Positions 29,436 through 40,591 of a stretch of 64,000 bases of DNA are shown here, piece by piece. The notes under the pieces are model-generated. The model saw only the letters and a program-made list of their open reading frames with translations. It was not told the DNA's origin and did no database searches. Position numbers and translations under genes: made by a program. This DNA comes from an uncultured Rivularia sp. (GTDB taxonomy: Bacteria; Cyanobacteriota; Cyanobacteriia; Cyanobacteriales; Nostocaceae). Position 1 is the stretch's first letter. Each line of letters opens with the position of its first letter. Where the stretch lies: positions 5,184,001 to 5,248,000 of the forward strand of contig OY762007.1 of the NCBI GenBank assembly GCA_963665115.1. Direction: 5' to 3'.

Positions 29436-30737
29436 ATGAGAAATGAAAAACGCAGCGATTTTTCCCAAGAAATTATCAAAAAAGGTTATGAAATTCAGCG
29501 ACAGTTAGCGAAGAAAGCGGGAAGACGGACTTTGTTAGCGCGGGATGTAGATTCTCAGGAATTGGTAGTTATCAAGTTGCTGGCTTTTAGTAATGATTTT
29601 TCTTGGGAAGATTTAAAATTATTTGAGCGAGAAGCCCAGACTCTACAAACTTTACAGCATCCGGCAATTCCGCGCTATGTTGATTACTTTGAATTAGATG
29701 GGAAGAGTGGTAAAACTTATGCTCTGGTGCAAAGCTATATCGAAGGTGAGTCTTTAGAAGAACATTTAAAAGCGAAAGGAAAATTTACTGAATTAGAAAT
29801 TAAAAATATTGCTAAATCGCTGTTAGAAATACTGATATATTTACATCGTCGTCAACCACCTTTAATTCATCGCGATATCAAACCCAGCAATATTATTTTG
29901 GCGGAACATCCTTATTTGGTAGATTTTGGTTCGGTACAAACTTTAGCAAATAAAGGTGGTCAAACCGTTACTGTGGTAGGAACTTACGGTTATATGCCAC
30001 CAGAACAATTTGGTGGTGCTGCGACTGCGGCTTCCGATTTGTATAGTTTGGGAGCGACGTTGATAACTTTGGCTACGGGTATTCAGCCAGCGGATTTACC
30101 TCAAGAAGATATGCGGATTGCATTTGAGGAAGTCGCTGATTTGACACCGGGATTTGTGCAGTGGTTGGGATGGTTGATTGAGCCGAGTTTGGATAAACGT
30201 GCTTCGTCGGCTGAAGTTGCTTTAGAGGCTTTGGAAACTGGGAGAATTATTAAGACGGAATCATTAAAAATAACTCAGTATAAGCCAATCGGTACTTGGA
30301 AATTGTTCTGGCATATTATCTGGCGCAGCATTGCTGTTGGAGGTGGAGTTGTAGTGACTGCTGCTGCTATCTACGGTACGGCAGTATTTCCAATGGGTGG
30401 CACTTTCTTAGGGATAATGTATGGTTTTTCAATAGGTATTCCTTTGGGTTTAACTAATGGAATTTTAGTTGGAATTATTACTCGCTTATTTTTTTATCCT
30501 TTAAAAAACTCTTTTTTATATCGTCGTAGAACGACTTTACTGAGTATGTTTCTTTCTAGTGCTATTGGTGTAATTTTGTTTAGTGGAATGGTTTATTCTA
30601 GTCCATCAGACTTGCAGGGAGGGCTTTTCTTTGTACTTGCTCCTTTTCTTATATCTGGATTAAGTATGAGTTTAGCCACGAAATCTTTTGCTCGTTGGTA
30701 TGAACAGCAATCTAGGTTTCCAGGGCATAAATTATGA
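29436..30737 (+). CDS. Hanks-type Ser/Thr kinase with C-terminal TM helices
   Basis: VVIK, HRDIKPSN, DFG, GTYGYMPPEQ, SDLYSLG. Confidence 0.9.
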   Translation: MRNEKRSDFSQEIIKKGYEIQRQLAKKAGRRTLLARDVDSQELVVIKLLAFSNDFSWEDLKLFEREAQTLQTLQHPAIPRYVDYFELDGKSGKTYALVQSYIEGESLEEHLKAKGKFTELEIKNIAKSLLEILIYLHRRQPPLIHRDIKPSNIILAEHPYLVDFGSVQTLANKGGQTVTVVGTYGYMPPEQFGGAATAASDLYSLGATLITLATGIQPADLPQEDMRIAFEEVADLTPGFVQWLGWLIEPSLDKRASSAEVALEALETGRIIKTESLKITQYKPIGTWKLFWHIIWRSIAVGGGVVVTAAAIYGTAVFPMGGTFLGIMYGFSIGIPLGLTNGILVGIITRLFFYPLKNSFLYRRRTTLLSMFLSSAIGVILFSGMVYSSPSDLQGGLFFVLAPFLISGLSMSLATKSFARWYEQQSRFPGHKL

Positions 30738-30799
30738 CAATTGATGCATTGTTTAATAATTTGCATTTCAAAGAAATAATATTAGTATTTTAATTAAAA

Positions 30800-32137
30800 A
30801 TGATAAATCAAATATTAAACGAACGCTATCAAATTCAGCAGGAATTAGGTAGGCAAACAGCAAGAAGAACTTTTTTGGCTGAAGACTTAGAAACACAGCA
30901 AAAAGTTGTCATTAAATTACTATTATTAGGAGAAGATTTCGATTGGCAAGATTTAAAGTTGTTTGAACGGGAAGCGGAAACTTTAAAAACTTTAAATCAT
31001 CCAAATATTCCTCGTTATCTCGATTATTTTGAATTCAAGGATGATGAGAATAACGGTTTTGTATTAGTACAAACTTATGTAGAAGGGAAAACTTTAGAAC
31101 AACATTTACAAGCTGGAAGAACTTTTAGTGAAGATGATGTACAAGAATTAGCTAAGTCATTACTTGAAATTATGACTTATTTACATCAACACGAACCACC
31201 CGTAATTCACCGCGATATCAAACCTAGCAATATTTTATTAACAAATCGTTCTGGTAATAGTGCAGGAAATATTTATTTAGTAGATTTTGGTTCGGTACAA
31301 ACCGTTGCAGCAACAAATGGTGGAACAATTACTGTAGTAGGAACTTACGGATATATGCCACCGGAACAATTTGGTGGAAGATGTGTTGCTGCTTCCGATC
31401 TATATAGCTTAGGTGCGACTTTAATCTTTTTAATTACGGGTTTGCATCCGACAGAATTACCTCAAAAAGATTTACAAATTCAGTTTCGTCAAACAGCTAA
31501 TTTTAGTGAGGAGTTTGCTGATTGGTTGGAGTGGATGACAGAGCCAAGTTTAAGTCAGAGATATAAATCTACTGAAGAAGCAATAAAAGCTTTAGAAAAT
31601 CCCGTACCAAGACAAAAAACAACTTCGCTATCAAAACAAAAAAAGGAGAAGCCACCAGGTAGTAAAATTCAACTCTATAAAGATATTGATGGTTTAGAAA
31701 TAGTCATTCCTCCACAAGGATTTAAGCTTCTTCAAATTGCTTTAATTTCTTTAGTGTCACCCTTTGCGATTGGATTTGATTTATCCGATATTAGTAGACA
31801 ACTTTATAGACAAGAAACAAGTGATTCAGCTTATTTAATGAAACACATAGTACAAGCCTTTGGAATTATATTTATTTTGCTTATCATTCTTTGGGCATTC
31901 TTTAAACGTACCCGACTAAAGATAAGTAAAAGTAGCGTTTCATATATTTATGAACTGATTGGGATTAAATGGAAATTTCGCCAACAAAAATTAATAATAA
32001 ATAAATATCAATTAGGACTTATACACCCTAATTCACAAGAACTTTCTCATCAATACGATCATTTGAGTTTAGAAGAATTGCAATGGTTAGCGCAAGAAAT
32101 CGACGATTATTTAGATGTACCTATTTCTAAAGTTTAA
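30800..32137 (+). CDS. Hanks-type Ser/Thr kinase, tandem paralog
   Basis: Same kinase motifs with a different C-terminal membrane domain. Confidence 0.9.
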   Translation: MINQILNERYQIQQELGRQTARRTFLAEDLETQQKVVIKLLLLGEDFDWQDLKLFEREAETLKTLNHPNIPRYLDYFEFKDDENNGFVLVQTYVEGKTLEQHLQAGRTFSEDDVQELAKSLLEIMTYLHQHEPPVIHRDIKPSNILLTNRSGNSAGNIYLVDFGSVQTVAATNGGTITVVGTYGYMPPEQFGGRCVAASDLYSLGATLIFLITGLHPTELPQKDLQIQFRQTANFSEEFADWLEWMTEPSLSQRYKSTEEAIKALENPVPRQKTTSLSKQKKEKPPGSKIQLYKDIDGLEIVIPPQGFKLLQIALISLVSPFAIGFDLSDISRQLYRQETSDSAYLMKHIVQAFGIIFILLIILWAFFKRTRLKISKSSVSYIYELIGIKWKFRQQKLIINKYQLGLIHPNSQELSHQYDHLSLEELQWLAQEIDDYLDVPISKV

Positions 32138-32205
32138 TTTTGTTCGTAGTAAGGACTTTAGTCCTCAATAATGCGGAAATAAGGAATAAATTCCTTACTA
32201 CGAAC

Positions 32206-32463
32206 CTATGCCTTTTGATTATCCGACTTAAATCTTCCTTCTACAAAATCGCGCTTTTGTAAATGCTTGGTATTGCGTCCAGTTACCCGTTTACGCCACA
32301 TTCTAAAGCTGGATTCTTTCATATAGCGACGCATGATATCTATAACTTCTTTTTCGCTTAAACCAAATTGAGTTTCAATTGCTTCAAACGGTGTTCTATC
32401 TTCCCAAGCCATTTCGACTACGCGATCGATAGTTTCAGGACTTAATTCTGGTAATTTACTCAT
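32206..32463 (-). CDS. TIGR03643 / DUF2805 family protein
   Basis: DRVVEMAWEDRTPFEAI..QFGL.E. Confidence 0.8.
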   Translation of the reverse strand: MSKLPELSPETIDRVVEMAWEDRTPFEAIETQFGLSEKEVIDIMRRYMKESSFRMWRKRVTGRNTKHLQKRDFVEGRFKSDNQKA

Positions 32464-32578
32464 AATAAAAGGTCAAAGGTTAAAGGTTAGAGGTCAAAGG
32501 TTTAAATTTATTTAATAACTCATAATTCATAACTCATAACTCCTAACTTCCCATGCCCTATGCCCAATCCCCTATGCC

Positions 32579-33389
32579 CTATGCCCCATTCGCCATACTG
32601 ACAATTCCAGACCATTGAACTTTTCCTTTTTTAGCGCGACGGTGGGAGAAGAAGTTTTCGGGGTTTTGGTAGGTACAGTATGGTGCTAGGGAAATTTGCT
32701 CGGGACTGATTCCTAGTTGTTCTAGCTGTAATGCGCTTACCTGCCGCACGTCTATACGGACTTTTCCGGGTTCTGAGTCGGGAAGTAAAGGGGAATTATC
32801 TATTTGTTGTAAGCCGTTAATAATTGCTTTTTCGTCTTCTTCTGGTAAAAGTGTTGCTCCTAATTGTGCTGCAACGTCTTCGGACACTTGATAAACTTCT
32901 CCGGCAATAGATGGGCCCCATTGCAATTCGTAAGTCTTGCAGTTTGCTTCCTTGAGATTGCATCCTAGAGATAGCTTGAGGAACTATTTTTTTCGCCGTA
33001 CCGCGCCATCCTGCATGAACTGCTGCTACCTGCCCCGTCTTGATATCGCCAATTAATGCTGGGGTACAGTCAGCACTTGCCGTCCACACAGCTTGTAAAG
33101 GGCGATCGCCGATCAAACCGTCTGCTTTAGCAAAGGTTTTTTCACCTACTTGCTCTACTTCATCTCCACCTAAAGAAAGTTTGTGTTCAATTTCTCGTGG
33201 GGTGAGAACCTTATTGCCATGTACTTGTTTGAGACGATAAGATGAAGCTTCTTCGTGAAGTATTTTGGTCATATCTTCAAGACTGTGAGACCAGAACTGT
33301 TGGGTAAAAAAGCCATGAGGAAATTCTTCGAGCAGACTGCAACTCAAATAGGGCAATTCCTGCCAACTGCGCCAGTGCCAAGTATGCAT
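32579..33389 (-). pseudogene. pgeF: PgeF/YfiH purine nucleoside phosphorylase, +1 frameshift (possibly an assembly error)
   Basis: KQVHG, ADC, HAGWRG in one ORF; CT..FFSHRR in the other; extra base in ATGGGGCCCATC at ~32915. Confidence 0.85.
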
Positions 33390-33477
33390 AATAGTTTACC
33401 TTTTTAGTTTTTGTCTTAATAAAAATCAATATTTCCAATTCATGCTAGCTTGAATAGGCTAGTTTCGGTCAGTAACT

Positions 33478-34293
33478 GTGGTATTAAATAAACAGAAGCT
33501 GCAAGCTGTTCTTTCGGTAGAAGGTAAAAATACTGAGTTACCTTTTGGCTTGCATATTTTTGAAAGCGTCGCTTCAACAAACAAAACTTTGTGGGAATTG
33601 CTTGCTCAGAAATCGGGTTCGAGATGTGTAGTAATTGCAGCCGAACAAACTGCCGGACGCGGACAATGGGGTCGGAGTTGGGTATCTGGGCAAGATGGAC
33701 TGTATCTTTCTTTCGGTTTTGCTCCTCAATTAGATATAAATTCAGGCTATCAGTTAACTTTAGCAACAGCATGGGGGATTGCCGAACAGCTCAGAAAGTA
33801 TGGTGTTGATGTTGAAATCAAGTGGCCTAACGATCTAATCTTAGATGGTCGTAAGTTGGGCGGAATCCTCACCGAAACCAAAGTTCGCGCTGGTAAAATT
33901 ACTCAAGCGGTAATTGGAGTTGGGATTAACTGGAAAAATCCGGTTCCCTCTAGTGGAATTAATTTATATTCTTGGAATCGTCAAGCAAATACAACTCAAA
34001 TTTCTTGTTTAGAGAAATTAGCTGCCGTGGTTTTGCTGGGAATAGATTCCGGTATACAGTGTTTGGAGAGAGAAGGAGTCAATATATTATTGTCTCGCTA
34101 TATCAAATTACTTTCTAATATGGGCGAACAAGTTCACGTTAACGATGATTTTTCTGGAACCGTAGTCGGCGTTACTACGACAGGAAATCTTCATGTTCGC
34201 AGGTCAGCTCCAGATACCTTATCTGTAACACCAGCATCTATTTACCTCCAGCCCGGTACAATCAGTTTAGGCTACCGTAAATATAAGGATTAA
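33478..34293 (+). CDS. birA: Biotin-protein ligase
   Basis: STN, QTAGRGQWGRSW, KWPNDL..GRKLGGIL, GVGIN. Confidence 0.92.
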   Translation: MVLNKQKLQAVLSVEGKNTELPFGLHIFESVASTNKTLWELLAQKSGSRCVVIAAEQTAGRGQWGRSWVSGQDGLYLSFGFAPQLDINSGYQLTLATAWGIAEQLRKYGVDVEIKWPNDLILDGRKLGGILTETKVRAGKITQAVIGVGINWKNPVPSSGINLYSWNRQANTTQISCLEKLAAVVLLGIDSGIQCLEREGVNILLSRYIKLLSNMGEQVHVNDDFSGTVVGVTTTGNLHVRRSAPDTLSVTPASIYLQPGTISLGYRKYKD

Positions 34294-34553
34294 GTTGCCA
34301 CTTCTTGTCCAAAATTTTAAAATTGGACGAGAATTTACTGAGATTATCTGATTTGTCAGCCAATGAAGGGATTTTGGATTTGCGATTTTGGATTGTCCCC
34401 ATAAATAAATTTAGGGGCTTGAGGATTTTGGATTCACCATTTTAGGTTTTTCCATAGTTGAAACTAAGGTCTTGAAACCATTCATAATTCAATCCAAAAT
34501 CTAAAATCTGAAATTTTTGGTCATAGTTACACTCTTGTTGATTATTTAAACCA

Positions 34554-36296
34554 ATGACGCAGCACAAAAATGGCGATAACAATTCGCAGTCGGCATGGCA
34601 GCGGTCGCTACCAGCACAAAGCCTTTGTTGGCTTGGTAGCTTTAGCTTACTAAGCAGCGGCTTTGTAGTTGCTCAAACATCTCCTGGAATAGACAATATT
34701 GTTCCTACTGTGAAAATACAGGCAAGGAGTGCTAAAAAAGTAACCACAGGTAAAGCTGTTACTATCAGTGGCGCTCCGAAGCCGGAGTCGTCTAAACCTA
34801 AAGTCGAATTTTCTCAACGTCGAACCAAGCTCAGACAAAGATTATCGAAAAAAAAATCTTCGCCTTCTTCAAGTTCTAAAAAGCCAAAAGTCAAAGTTAC
34901 TACTAATAAAAAAGGTGCGAGTACTTTAAGAAGTAGATTAAAACGCTCTCGCACTAATTCTGTAGTCGTCAAGCTCAAAAAGAAAGCGCCGACTAACAGT
35001 CCAAGAGTAGTAATTAAAAAGAATAATCCTAATAGAGTAAAGCCAACTGCGCCAAAAACTCGTATTGCTTCACCTAAAAAGCCAAGGACAATTCTTCCTA
35101 GAACTACTACCGTAAGAAAACCCAAGAAAGATTACAACAACGCTTTAATCGATCCGACAAATTACGGTAAAAAGTACCAAGCACCTAATTCTGTAGTGAT
35201 TACAGGGCGTAAAAGCGGTTGTACGTCTATCGCAAGCAGACAAGGAATTTCCGGTAATTGCGCTGTTTCTAGAGGTCAAAATGCTTCTAAAAAGACTCAG
35301 ACAGCGAAGAAAACCACACCTAGCTGGTTAAAAGCAAGTCAAGATGCTTCTATTGCTAAGGTTGCACCTTCAAGAAGCGTTGCTGCAAAAACCAAAAAAA
35401 TAGCTGCATCTCCTAAAAAGGTAAGTTCAACAGAAGTAACCAAAACTGTATTACCATCTCCCGCAGCTAAGACTTATCGTGCTACCAAAACTATTAAACA
35501 GGTTGCTTCTGCGACTCCGAATGTAGTTAAGAAAGCCGTTAAGTCTGTTACTCCAGCTATTCGTACTAATGTTGCAAATAGAGTTGCTTCTCGCAGCGTT
35601 TCTAAGCAAGCATATAGTTCCAATCGCTTTATTCCACAACCTAGCAGCTTTACTCCCCAGGCTACAGTTAGTCAAGAAGCCATTGCACCAAGCGGTGGAA
35701 TGCTACCAGCGCCAATGATGGCTAACAACTTCGCACCTCGTCCGAGTGCTGTAGCTTACGATATTCCGCTTGCATCGGCACTACCAAAAGTTGCTTATAG
35801 CCGTTCTGCTTACAGTTCTAACTATAATGGCACCGGATTAGTATTTCCTCTTTCCGTGCCCTCTGCAATCAGTTCCGTATTTGGTTGGAGACAACATCCT
35901 TTAACTGGCAATCAGCGTTTCCATTCGGGTATAGATTTGGCCGCAGCAACTGGAACTCCGGTTTTGGCAGCTTATTCAGGACAAGTCGAAATTTCTGATT
36001 GGGTAGGCGGTTACGGTTTAACAGTTGTCTTAAATCACAACAGCGCCAAACAAACACTTTACGGACATATGTCCGAACTATTTGTTCGTCCCGGCCAGTG
36101 GGTAGAGCGAGGAACCGTTATTGGTCGCGTGGGCAGCACAGGTAATTCTACCGGTCCCCACCTACACTTTGAAACACGTCAGTTAACTCCTAACGGTTGG
36201 GTAGCAACAAATCCAGGCGCACAATTACAGCAAGCGCTTAATCAGTTCCTACAATCTTTACAAACTGCACAAGTTGTCGAAGAACCTGGCAGTTAG
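34554..36296 (+). CDS. M23 peptidase with a long Lys/Ser-rich N-terminal region
   Basis: HSGIDL, YGHMS, GSTGNSTGPHLHFE. Confidence 0.88.
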   Translation: MTQHKNGDNNSQSAWQRSLPAQSLCWLGSFSLLSSGFVVAQTSPGIDNIVPTVKIQARSAKKVTTGKAVTISGAPKPESSKPKVEFSQRRTKLRQRLSKKKSSPSSSSKKPKVKVTTNKKGASTLRSRLKRSRTNSVVVKLKKKAPTNSPRVVIKKNNPNRVKPTAPKTRIASPKKPRTILPRTTTVRKPKKDYNNALIDPTNYGKKYQAPNSVVITGRKSGCTSIASRQGISGNCAVSRGQNASKKTQTAKKTTPSWLKASQDASIAKVAPSRSVAAKTKKIAASPKKVSSTEVTKTVLPSPAAKTYRATKTIKQVASATPNVVKKAVKSVTPAIRTNVANRVASRSVSKQAYSSNRFIPQPSSFTPQATVSQEAIAPSGGMLPAPMMANNFAPRPSAVAYDIPLASALPKVAYSRSAYSSNYNGTGLVFPLSVPSAISSVFGWRQHPLTGNQRFHSGIDLAAATGTPVLAAYSGQVEISDWVGGYGLTVVLNHNSAKQTLYGHMSELFVRPGQWVERGTVIGRVGSTGNSTGPHLHFETRQLTPNGWVATNPGAQLQQALNQFLQSLQTAQVVEEPGS

Positions 36297-36413
36297 GGAC
36301 AAGGGGACAAGGGGACAAGGGGACAAGGGGATGGGGTGATAATTCCTAACTACCAATTACCAATCCCCAATCCCCAATCCCCAATCCCCAATCCCCAATC
36401 ACCTACTCCCTTT

Positions 36414-37094
36414 TCACAAATACCCATGTTCGGCTAAGAATGTGGGTGTGATTTCATTTTGGGTAGTTCCAGATGAAATAGAATTATTTTCTTTGCCAAA
36501 ATAAATAAATTTCTCTACGTATTTACCGAGGACATCACCTTCTAAATTGACTAAACTACCGGGAATTAAATCGCGAAGATTTGTTTCGGCATAGGTTACG
36601 GGAATCACTGCTACTTTAAACTGGGAAATCTCTGGCTCATATTCAGCCACAGTAAGGCTGATGCCATTGATAGCAATGCTGCCTTTGGGTACTATATAAC
36701 GGTCAATCGTATGAGATGCGCTAAATGTCATTTCCCAAGAAGTCGCTGTCTGTTCGGCACATATTAATTTACCAATACCGTCAACGTGTCCCATCACAAA
36801 ATGACCGCCGACTTTACTACCAACCCGCAAAGAAGTTTCTAAATTGACGTAGCGATGTCGATCTACTAGTTCTCCTAAAACGGTGCGACGCAAAGTTTCC
36901 GGGGAGGCAGTGGCAATAAAACCGTCTTTGGTAATATCTTCTACCGTCAAGCAAACTCCATCTACTGCTACGCTATCTCCATAAGCTAAGTCTTGCATAA
37001 TTGCCAACCATGAAGAGTCCGAGCAGGTAATTTGCCAAGAATCATCTTCTAGCGGTTTCATCGTTCCTAATGCTTGAATTATTCCTGTAAACAC
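36414..37094 (-). CDS. ribE: Riboflavin synthase alpha chain
   Basis: MFTGII, GDSVAVDGVCLT, GGHFVMGHVDG, KGSIAINGISLT. Confidence 0.93.
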   Translation of the reverse strand: MFTGIIQALGTMKPLEDDSWQITCSDSSWLAIMQDLAYGDSVAVDGVCLTVEDITKDGFIATASPETLRRTVLGELVDRHRYVNLETSLRVGSKVGGHFVMGHVDGIGKLICAEQTATSWEMTFSASHTIDRYIVPKGSIAINGISLTVAEYEPEISQFKVAVIPVTYAETNLRDLIPGSLVNLEGDVLGKYVEKFIYFGKENNSISSGTTQNEITPTFLAEHGYL

Positions 37095-37435
37095 GGCTTT
37101 TTTGTGCGACTAACTCTATATATTGCTTATTTTCAACTTAAATTAATTAGTAATTCTGCCATAGTTTGTTGTTGTTAAGTATTATTTGTTACCTCATAAT
37201 GTATAAAACTATAAACACATTTATAACGAACACAGGGCAAAAGGTGGGTAAGTAGACTATTGTAGAACCAATAAGGTTAGAATGACCGCTGGTGTTCGCA
37301 ACCTTTGGGAGTTTAATATAAGCAATTATAGAAGCAGGGAGACTTATGTGTAAGGTTTTTCAAACTTGTTCAGGCAAGAGTATTATTTGTTACCAAAATT
37401 ATAGAAGCGCTCAAAGGAATGTAGAGGCATAGCCG

Positions 37436-37939
37436 ATGATTGAAATGAAAGTTGCTGGTATCGCGTTGGATGCAATTACTCGCAGTCCGATAGTACTTTT
37501 AAAAGATGCAACAGACCGCCGCGCTTTGCCAATTTACATTGGTCAAGAACAGGCAAGAGCAATTATGGCAGCACAGGAGAATCAAAAAGCTCCTAGACCA
37601 TTAACTCACGATTTGATTGTGAATATCCTAGAGGGGTGGGATATGGTTTTAGATAAAATAATTATCCACACCCTGCAAAAAGACACCTTCTATGCATCTT
37701 TAATCTTAAAGCAAGGTGACACTCAAAAGGAAGTTGATGCTCGTCCTAGCGATGCGATCGCCGTTGCATTGCGTACAAATGCACCAATTTGGGTGATGGA
37801 AGAAGTGGTTGCAGAAGCTTCAATTCCGGTAGATAGAGATGCAGATGAAGCCGAAAGAGAAGCCTTCCGGGAATTCGTTTCTAATCTCCGTCCAGAAGAT
37901 TTAATCAAGCGTTTTGGTGACAGTACTAGTAATAGTTAA
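37436..37939 (+). CDS. Bifunctional nuclease family (DUF151)
   Basis: LPIYIG, RPLTHDL, DARPSDAIA. Confidence 0.88.
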   Translation: MIEMKVAGIALDAITRSPIVLLKDATDRRALPIYIGQEQARAIMAAQENQKAPRPLTHDLIVNILEGWDMVLDKIIIHTLQKDTFYASLILKQGDTQKEVDARPSDAIAVALRTNAPIWVMEEVVAEASIPVDRDADEAEREAFREFVSNLRPEDLIKRFGDSTSNS

Positions 37940-38056
37940 CGATTTTAGATTGGGGATTTTGGATTTTGGATTACAGCTATATTTTGATTAATATTCGTTA
38001 GAAACTTTCTACTCAATAATCTAAAATCTAAAATCCAAAATCCAAGCAGGAGAAAG

Positions 38057-39187
38057 ATGCAATACCGACGCTTCGGGAAAACAAATCTACATTTATCAGT
38101 GTTTTCCTTGGGAACAATGCGCTCCACCGCTTCACTTGCAAATGCAAGACGAACTATTCAAGAAGCAATAACGCAAGGGATTAATCATATAGAAACTGCT
38201 GGTGGTTATGGTAAAAGTGAGGAGTATTTAGGTGAAGTGCTTAAAGCCGGGTTGTGTGTATCCCGCGATAAGCTGTATGTTACCAGTAAAATCCCACCCA
38301 GAGTTGATGCTGATTCGATGCGTCGGTGTATCAATAAATCTTTGGAAGATTTGCAGCTAGATTATCTTGATTGTTTGGCTATTCATGGCTTAAATACATG
38401 GGAGCATCTTGAGTGGGTGCGGGCTGAAAATGGCTGTATGCAAGCGGTACGAGAAGCCGTAAAGTCTGGTAGAGTACGTCACGTAGGTTTTTCTACCCAT
38501 GCACCCTTAGAAATAATCTTGGCAGCGATTAATACAGATTTTTTTGAATTTGTTAATTTGCATTATTACTATTTTTTTCAGCGTAACGCCGCAGCGGTTG
38601 AGTTAGCTGCTGAAAAAGACATGGGTATATTTATCATTTCTCCTGCGGATAAAGGAGGAAGATTATATACACCACCCGAAAAATTAAAAGAATTAACTGA
38701 TCCGTTTTCTCCCCTAGAATTAAACTATCGTTTTTTACTCAGTGACTTTCGTATAACAACATTGAGTGTCGGCGCTGCAACTGCCTCGGAATTAATTGAA
38801 CCTTTAAAATCTGCCAACAACGACGGGGAATTGAGTTTAGAAGAAACTTCGGTATTTGAAAAATTAGAAAAACATCAAAATACAGTTTTAGACGCAGAAA
38901 AATGCAGTCAGTGTTATGAATGCTTACCCTGCCCAGAAAATATTAACATTCCCGAAGTATTGCGACTGCGGAATTTAGCGGTTGCATACGATATGACAGA
39001 CTACGGAAAATATCGCTACGGAATGTTTGAAAATGCCGGACATTGGTTTCCAGGGATGAAGGGGAGTCGGTGTACAGAATGTGGGGAATGTTTACCCAGG
39101 TGTCCCGAAGAATTGGATATTCCCGCTTTGTTGAAAGATACTCATCAAAGGTTGAAGGGGAAAGAAGGGAGGAGGTTGTGGGAGTAG
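38057..39187 (+). CDS. Aldo/keto reductase with a C-terminal 4Fe-4S dicluster
   Basis: YRRFGKT, ETAxxYG, GFSTH; CxxCxxCxPCP and CxxCxxCxxxCP. Confidence 0.88.
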   Translation: MQYRRFGKTNLHLSVFSLGTMRSTASLANARRTIQEAITQGINHIETAGGYGKSEEYLGEVLKAGLCVSRDKLYVTSKIPPRVDADSMRRCINKSLEDLQLDYLDCLAIHGLNTWEHLEWVRAENGCMQAVREAVKSGRVRHVGFSTHAPLEIILAAINTDFFEFVNLHYYYFFQRNAAAVELAAEKDMGIFIISPADKGGRLYTPPEKLKELTDPFSPLELNYRFLLSDFRITTLSVGAATASELIEPLKSANNDGELSLEETSVFEKLEKHQNTVLDAEKCSQCYECLPCPENINIPEVLRLRNLAVAYDMTDYGKYRYGMFENAGHWFPGMKGSRCTECGECLPRCPEELDIPALLKDTHQRLKGKEGRRLWE

Positions 39188-39366
39188 AGATTTGAAATTT
39201 TAACGACGGATGCGTTTATGTAGGAATTTTGTCAGGTATATGACGCGGGGAATAATAATGTTTTAACGTCACGCACTAATAAGCATTTGTAAGAGATTAT
39301 GATTGCCGTAGTTTATTCCCTTAATATTGTAAGTAGCATCGGTTATGAAATCTAATCAGCGAAAAG

Positions 39367-40587
39367 ATGTTTAAAAATATCAAGATAGAAAATTTCCGCT
39401 GTTTTAAATCTTTTGAACTTCAGCAGCTTGGCAGAGTAAATTTGCTTGTTGGTGAAAATAATAGTGGTAAAACATCAATATTAGAAGCAATTCAACTTTT
39501 GTGTTCGCGGACTAACCTTGAACCACTCAGCGAAATGATGATTCATCGAGGTGAATATTTTTGGGATGATGATGGTAAAGCAAATCGTGAACTTGATATT
39601 AAACATCTTTTTTATGGTCATGAAATTGAGCCAAGTTTAAAAATATCTATATCAAGTTTGCGGCTAGATAATACTAGCGAACAACTAAATTTATCAATAG
39701 CAAGACGTTCAGAATCACTATTAGATTTGATAAATAATTTTGAGGGTATTGCTCGTTCTTCTAAATATAATGTTCCAGAAAGTATAATTAAACAGATAGA
39801 AATACTTAAAGACGAATCAAAGAAACAAGTTAGCATTACCCTTGAGAATAAATTTTTTCATAATTTGGAAGAATTAGAGTTTTCGGTAGAGTATATTTAT
39901 GGCAATAATTCAAAAGAAAGAAAAATGCTTCTTTCGCCAAATCGTTGTCTTGATGAAAATCTTGTAAGCAATTCTTCTAAAGATATAAGGAATCAGCAAC
40001 AAAAAGCTCTGTTTGTAACATCCTCATCTTTAACAACACATAAGATGATTGAATTATTTGACAGCGTAGTACTTACTGATGATGAGAATCTTGTATTAGA
40101 AGCGCTTCAAACGATAGAACCCAATATAGAAAAAATTGCTTATGTTAATGTTAACCCTTATGTAATCAGAAATTCTTTTGAATCTCGTAGTGGTTTTGTT
40201 GTACGTCTTTCTGATAGCAATCAGCGCGTACCTATTGGCAGTATGGGAGATGGTGTATGGCGGATGTTGGGACTTTCTTTAGCAATTGTATGCGCCCAAG
40301 ATGGAGTACTATTTGTAGATGAAATTGATACCGGACTTCATTTCACTGCCATGTCTGATATGTGGAAATTAATTTGTAAAACAGCTAAAGAATTGAATGT
40401 GCAGGTTTTTGCTACTACACATAATAGTGACTGTTGGAGAAGTTTAGCAAGCATTGTTGAAACAGAAGAAGATGCTACAAAAGATGGAATTACAATTCAA
40501 CGTATCGAGAAGGATAAAGATGTAGCAGTATCTTTTAACGAACGTGAAATTGTCATCGCAGCCGAAAGAGAAATTGAGGTGCGATGA
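39367..40587 (+). CDS. ABC-type (AAA_15/AAA_21) ATPase
   Basis: IENFRCF, Walker A GENNSGKT, signature MGDG, Walker B VDEIDTGLH, TTH. Confidence 0.88.
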   Translation: MFKNIKIENFRCFKSFELQQLGRVNLLVGENNSGKTSILEAIQLLCSRTNLEPLSEMMIHRGEYFWDDDGKANRELDIKHLFYGHEIEPSLKISISSLRLDNTSEQLNLSIARRSESLLDLINNFEGIARSSKYNVPESIIKQIEILKDESKKQVSITLENKFFHNLEELEFSVEYIYGNNSKERKMLLSPNRCLDENLVSNSSKDIRNQQQKALFVTSSSLTTHKMIELFDSVVLTDDENLVLEALQTIEPNIEKIAYVNVNPYVIRNSFESRSGFVVRLSDSNQRVPIGSMGDGVWRMLGLSLAIVCAQDGVLFVDEIDTGLHFTAMSDMWKLICKTAKELNVQVFATTHNSDCWRSLASIVETEEDATKDGITIQRIEKDKDVAVSFNEREIVIAAEREIEVR

Positions 40588-40591
40588 TTTA

